From the NCBI GenBank assembly GCA_964385315.1, contig CAYLOW010000001.1, forward strand, positions 1 to 63,813: a stretch of 63,813 nt of DNA, in the 5' to 3' direction. The translations under genes and the position numbers were made by a program. Below, in pieces: positions 59,279 to 63,813 of the stretch (position 1 is its first letter; each line of letters begins with the position of its first letter). The notes beneath the pieces were generated by a model, which was not told where the DNA came from, made no database searches, and saw only the letters and a program-made list of their open reading frames with translations. The DNA is from an uncultured Anaerolinea sp. Its GTDB lineage: Bacteria; Chloroflexota; Anaerolineae; Anaerolineales; Villigracilaceae.

Positions 59279-59539
59279 ATGGCACATAAAACAGGCGGCG
59301 GATCAACCCGCAACGGTCGTGACAGCAACTCGCAGCGGTTGGGCGTAAAGCGTTACGCTGGTCAATTTGTTCTTTCCGGTAACATCCTTGTCCGCCAGCG
59401 CGGTACAAAGATCAAACCGGGTCTTAATGTGTTGGTTGGCAAGGACGATACTTTGTTTGCGATTGCAGACGGGATCGTAATGTTTGATGTGGTGCATGGA
59501 CGCAAGCGCGTAAATATTGTCCCTGCTGAGGTAGAGTAA
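59279..59539 (+). CDS. rpmA: 50S ribosomal protein L27
   Basis: [43 protein letters not shown]. Confidence 0.98.
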   Translation: MAHKTGGGSTRNGRDSNSQRLGVKRYAGQFVLSGNILVRQRGTKIKPGLNVLVGKDDTLFAIADGIVMFDVVHGRKRVNIVPAEVE

Positions 59540-59540
59540 G

Positions 59541-60092
59541 ATGAAAACAGGAATCCATCCTACAGTTTATGAAGCGAAAGTCACTTGCGCCTCCTGTGGA
59601 AAAACGTGGGTTACCACTTCCACCAGGAAGGAACTGCGCATTGACGTATGCTCAAATTGCCATCCGTTCTTCACGGGCGAATCTGCGCGCATTCTGGATG
59701 TTGAAGGGCAGGTGGATCGCTTCTATAAGAAACTTTCTGCACGCCAGACCTATGTTGAACAGCAGAAAGTCAAGGAAGAGTCTGCAACTTCTCCCGATCG
59801 TGCCATTGACGACCTTACCCTTTCCCCCCGCGCGACAGAAGCGCTTAAGAAGGCTGGCGTTTTAAGTATTGGACAGGTCCTTGCGAAACTTGGAGAAGGT
59901 AATGCCGCCATGCTGGAAATTGCCGGTTTTGGCCAATCCTCGCTGACTGCCACCAAGAAGAAATTGCGCGCTTTGGGTTTTGAAGTTCCCGAGGTGCCGG
60001 ATGCTCCTAAGGCCCCCAAAGCCCCCAAGGCTCCCAAACCAGAGGAATCAGCAGAAGTCGTTGAAACCCCTGACGCTGAAGCAGGCGAGTAA
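59541..60092 (+). CDS. rpmE: 50S ribosomal protein L31 (Zn-type) fused to an RNA polymerase alpha-CTD-like HhH domain
   Basis: [27 protein letters not shown]. Residues about 86-147: [28 protein letters not shown]. Confidence 0.93.
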   Translation: MKTGIHPTVYEAKVTCASCGKTWVTTSTRKELRIDVCSNCHPFFTGESARILDVEGQVDRFYKKLSARQTYVEQQKVKEESATSPDRAIDDLTLSPRATEALKKAGVLSIGQVLAKLGEGNAAMLEIAGFGQSSLTATKKKLRALGFEVPEVPDAPKAPKAPKAPKPEESAEVVETPDAEAGE

Positions 60093-60142
60093 ATTTTACC
60101 CTGCAAGCACTTTGTCAGATAAAGATTTCTCAGGTAAACTAG

Positions 60143-60174
60143 GCAGGCAGATGCAAAAGCATCTGCCTGCTTTT
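60143..60174 (+). terminator. Intrinsic terminator of the r-protein operon
   Basis: 12-bp stem GCAGGCAGATGC-aaaa-GCATCTGCCTGC followed by TTTT. Confidence 0.85.
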
Positions 60175-60281
60175 ATAATCCATTTATGTCATAGCGAGAT
60201 GGTGCTTTTTGTTGAATCGATCCCTGTAAACTTAGGGTTGCTATATCAGGTTTAATCCTACTTGCAATGACGAGAGGTTTT

Positions 60282-60851
60282 ATGCGTCACACACACGGTT
60301 CAGTGGAAGTCATATGCGGTTCCATGTTTAGCGGCAAGACTGATGAACTCATCCGTCGGCTTGTGCGTGCCACCATTGCGAAACAAAAAGTGCAGGTTTT
60401 CAAGCCGGCCATTGATATCCGTTATGCAGTGGAAAAAGTTGCCTCTCACGCTGGCTCAACATTTGATGCAATACCGGTTGAAAACGCCGCTGAGATCCGC
60501 AATAAATGGGAAAAGGATGCAACCGTAGTAGGCATTGACGAAGCCCAATTCTTTGATGCTGAAGTGGTTCTGGTGGCGAAGGAATTAGCTGCGAAAGGGG
60601 TTCGTGTTCTGGTTGCCGGTCTGGATACGGATTTTCGTGGAGAGCCGTTTGGCTCAATGCCCATCCTCATGGCTGAAGCCGAGAATGTCTTAAAACTTCA
60701 TGCAATTTGTATGACCTGCGGTGATGATGCCTCACGCACGCAACGGCTGGTCAATGGCAGTCCAGCGCGTTATGATGACCCTGTTGTGATTGTTGGCGCA
60801 TCCGAACTATACGAAGCGCGCTGCCGCCTTCATCATGAAGTGCCAAGATAA
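60282..60851 (+). CDS. tdk: Thymidine kinase
   Basis: [33 protein letters not shown]. Confidence 0.97.
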   Translation: MRHTHGSVEVICGSMFSGKTDELIRRLVRATIAKQKVQVFKPAIDIRYAVEKVASHAGSTFDAIPVENAAEIRNKWEKDATVVGIDEAQFFDAEVVLVAKELAAKGVRVLVAGLDTDFRGEPFGSMPILMAEAENVLKLHAICMTCGDDASRTQRLVNGSPARYDDPVVIVGASELYEARCRLHHEVPR

Positions 60852-60919
60852 TTTAATTACATTTTTAAGGTGTTTTTGCAACCTGCCTGTAACGAAATAA
60901 TTCAGAAGGAACCAATCCC

Positions 60920-61477
60920 ATGCAAAATTATAAAGATGTGCTCGCTGAAATTTTAATTGCCCCGGAAACCCTGCAAGCCCGAGTCAAGGAACTTGGGACC
61001 CAGATCAGCGCGGATTATCCCGATGGTGATTTGTTGTTGATCTGCATTTTGCGCGGCGGCGTGCCGTTTATGGTGGACCTCAGTCGCAGTATCACCTCGC
61101 CGCATAAAATGGATTTCATGGCAGTCTCGTCTTATGGCGTGGGTGCGCGTGAATCTACAGGTTCTGCCCGTGTGACGCTTGACCTGCAGATGGATATTCG
61201 CGGTCAACAGGTGCTGTTGGTGGAGGATATCATTGACAGCGGGCATACCATTGCGTCTGTTCTAAATATGCTTCAAACCCGTCAGCCTAAATCGCTCAAA
61301 GTATGCGCCTTGCTCGATAAACCTGAACGTCGTGAGGCGAAAGTCACCATTGATTACCTGGGTTTTACTATTCCCAATAAATTTGTTTTTGGTTATGGGC
61401 TCGACCTTGACGAATATCATCGCAACCTGAATTTTGTTGGTGTGGTGGATCTGGCAAAATATAAGCCACCTGTTTAA
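60920..61477 (+). CDS. hpt: Hypoxanthine phosphoribosyltransferase
   Basis: ILRGG, VSSYG, VEDIIDSGHT, FVFGYGLD. Confidence 0.96.
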   Translation: MQNYKDVLAEILIAPETLQARVKELGTQISADYPDGDLLLICILRGGVPFMVDLSRSITSPHKMDFMAVSSYGVGARESTGSARVTLDLQMDIRGQQVLLVEDIIDSGHTIASVLNMLQTRQPKSLKVCALLDKPERREAKVTIDYLGFTIPNKFVFGYGLDLDEYHRNLNFVGVVDLAKYKPPV

Positions 61478-61757
61478 CCATATGGGGTTTGAAAAGGTAT
61501 CGCTTTCGTCACCACCCCAAACGCGATGTGATAATGAGGGCAATACATCCTTGATGATGACCGAGCAGGGGGCTTATGCGGTATATGGAGGGCTAATTGT
61601 GTGCTCTAACCACCAAGGTGTGAAGATACCATGAATCTTCTTTCCTGGCATAGCCTGCCAGGGTTGGCGTGTGCCAACGAGTCTGTTTAGCCCCATTTTT
61701 AAAAGCCAATATATTTCAAGTAACAAAATCCTTTGTGAATTTGTTATACTCATATCA

Positions 61758-63395
61758 ATGACTGATAAATCATTGCGGTCTTATTCTCCATATATTGGGC
61801 GCTGGGTGGCTCTTGTGTGAGGGAAGGTTATTGCACAGGGCGACACGCCCGAGCAAGCCTTGCACGCCTCACAGCAAAGCCGTCACAAGGAAAAACCAGA
61901 GATCATCTTTATGTTTCCGCTTTCCACTTTGATAAAAAAAATAATGGATCTCCTGCCCGACAGGCAGGAGATTTACCTGGTCGGTGGCGCAGTACGTGAC
62001 CTTTTGCTTTCCCGTTCCTCCTCCGACTTGGATTTTGCTCTGCCTGCGAATGGCACGCCCATTGCCCGAACAATTGCAAATGCGCTTGATGCGGATTTTC
62101 TCCCTCTGGATGAAGAACGCGACACTGCACGGGTCATTTTCACTGAGGAAAATGGCACACGTATTTTCCTCGATTTTGCAGTTTATCGTGGTATTGATCT
62201 AAGTGCGGACCTCCGCGCTCGAGATTTTACAATCAATGCCATTGCCTACAATCTACGCGATGAAACTATTATTGACCCGATGGAAGGCGGAAAAGATATA
62301 TGTGCAAAGATCATTCGCGCGTGTTCCCCTACATCCTTATCCGATGATCCTGTCCGCATTTTGCGTGCCATTCGCCAGGCTGCCGCTTTTGGTTTTCACA
62401 TCGAAAAGGATACCCGTGAAATGATGAGGCAGTCCGCAGACCAGCTTGGCCGTATTTCACCTGAACGTCAGCGCGATGAGGTCTTCAAGATTCTCAAAGG
62501 CCCAAGGCCCAACACTTGTATGCGCGCATTGGAAATGTTGGGTGTGTTCCCATATTTAATGCCGGAACTCCCGGCGATGAAAGGTATTTCACAATCAGAG
62601 CCGCATATGTACGACGTGTGGACACATACCCTTGCTGTTTTGGATCATCTAGACCAGGTTATCTCGGCCTTGCGTGTAGGATACGATGCCGAAAAAACAA
62701 ACGACATGTTCACGGGTTTGCTTGGCCTGCGTCTTGGGCGTTATCGTGCTCAAATTGCACAGCATTTTGAAAATTCACTCAATGTTGATCGTGAGTTGCG
62801 CTCTCTCCTTTTCTTTGCCGCCCTGTATCATGATGTTAGTAAGCCTGAAACTAAAACAGTGGAAAAGACTGGGCGTATCCGCTTTTTTGATCACGATGTC
62901 AAAGGTGCTGAAATTGCCGCCAAACGTTTGCGCTCCTTCAATGTCAGTAATGATGAAGTGGAACGTGCGCAAACGATCATCAAAAATCACATGCGTATTC
63001 ATTTCTTTGTTGCACGCTATGAAAAAGAAAAACAATCCCCCTCACGCAAAGCAATTTACCGCTTTTTCCGTGACAGTGGTCTGGCGGGTATTGACCTTGT
63101 CTTGCTTGGCCTGGCGGATGTGCGCGCCACCCGTGCCCATGCCCTGACCATCGAAACCTGGACTGCCTATCTAGATGTTGCCCGTATTTTGCTTGAGAAT
63201 TATTTTGAAAAGCCGGAAGAGGCGATCTCTCCGCCCCGCTTGTTGGATGGCAATTTGTTGATGACGGAACTCGATATAAAACCAGGTCCTGTGGTGGGGA
63301 GGTTGTTGGAATCCATCCGCGAGAATCAGGCGGCGGGAAATATTGAAACCATTGAACAGGCGCTGACGTTTGCCCGCGGGGAGTTAACGAAATAA
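61758..63395 (+). CDS. CCA-adding/poly(A) polymerase family nucleotidyltransferase with HD domain; N-terminal DUF5678-like segment interrupted by TGA at 61818 (fallback start ATG 61911)
   Basis: LVGGAVRDLL..DLDF, DLRARDFTINA, DDPVRILR, HMYDVWTHT, LYHDVSKP. ATG 61758 is in frame and preceded by TGnTATACT. Confidence 0.85.
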
Positions 63396-63436
63396 TATAA
63401 AATTAAGACCTCTTATATCTTAATATATGGTGAATC

Positions 63437-63813
63437 ATGAACTACGTATTTTTTGACCTCGAAACACAAAACCTTTTTGAAGATGTCGGCGGGCGCGATA
63501 ATATCGAAAAACTGAAAGTTGCCTGCGGTGTAACCTGGTCGGCGCAGCGGAATGACTTTGCCGTCTACTGGGAGAAGGATGTCCCTGCATTGATCCAGGA
63601 ATTGAAGTCTGCAACCAAGGTGATCGGATTTAATCTTCGCGGGTTTGATTATCGTGTATTGCAGCCATACACACCCGATATTCGTATTTCCGCCATTCCC
63701 ACCCTTGACCTGCTCCTTGACCTTCAGCAAATTCTAGGCTTTCGCCTTAGCCTTGATACCATTGCCAGTGCCAGCCTTGGCGCAGCCAAAACAGCAGATG
63801 GCGTGAAGTCTGT
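63437..63813 (+). CDS. RNase H-like (YprB/DEDD-type) domain protein, truncated by the window end; absent from the ORF track
   Basis: Hand translation: MNYVFFDLETQNLFEDVGGR...VIGFNLRGFDYRVL...TLDLL..LGFRLSLDTIASASLG..KTADG. Confidence 0.85.
   Translation, partial: MNYVFFDLETQNLFEDVGGRDNIEKLKVACGVTWSAQRNDFAVYWEKDVPALIQELKSATKVIGFNLRGFDYRVLQPYTPDIRISAIPTLDLLLDLQQILGFRLSLDTIASASLGAAKTADGVKS

Noticed and set aside
58728-59408. 226-aa minus-strand ORF
   Set aside because: Antisense to rplU/rpmA, a common artefact of biased codon usage.
61480-61740. Possible gene remnant on the minus strand (..DTFSNPIW..)
   Set aside because: The resemblance to PHP-hydrolase C-termini is too short to support without BLASTX.
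61818-61820. Selenocysteine call for the TGA
   Set aside because: Not asserted. The position is not an expected redox Cys site and no sel genes are in the window. Kept only as an open question under findings.
1-63813. CRISPR array, tRNA/rRNA, transposase, integrase or anti-phage defence island
   Set aside because: No regularly spaced direct repeats, structural RNA signatures or recombinase/nuclease motifs were seen by eye.

Overview
A 63.8-kb stretch of a bacterial chromosome. The gene content and protein styles (LAC-type lipoprotein, NBR1-Ig protein, GT-C membrane proteins) suggest Chloroflexota, probably Anaerolineales; this is an inference. Positions 1-25.7 kb hold a surface-glycan locus: PAPS synthase sat-cysC, NeuB, NeuA-HAD, a second CMP-ulosonate synthetase, two paralogous sulfotransferases, a KpsS-like protein, and GT2 and GT-C enzymes. 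This locus is split by an 11-kb block containing an oppositely oriented FadR/NanR-controlled catabolic operon (ABC and GPH transporters, Asp-box hydrolase, NanA-like aldolase, DegT aminotransferase, aldo-keto reductase), plus YhcH. The remainder is mostly housekeeping and accessory genes: proC, ruvA, a QueD-like/ADH/GT4/EamA cassette, greA, lysS, an ECF/anti-sigma pair, priA, nrfHA with a perfect CRP/FNR box, deoC, rplU-rpmA-rpmE, tdk, hpt and a CCA/HD nucleotidyltransferase. Most notable observations: (1) ribosomal protein L31 carries a C-terminal domain resembling the RNA polymerase alpha-CTD; (2) a non-canonical nonulosonate-like catabolic operon sits inside a sulfated-ulosonate biosynthesis locus; (3) at least 11 genes have a TANNNT box 6-7 nt before the ATG and no obvious Shine-Dalgarno, suggesting leaderless mRNAs; (4) an in-frame TGA followed by a stem-loop interrupts the N-terminal domain of the CCA-like gene; (5) structured leaders precede rplU and greA; (6) a decayed VIT1/CCC1 gene is missed by the ORF track. 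I saw no rRNA, tRNA, CRISPR array or transposase. All family assignments are by eye, from motifs, without database searches.
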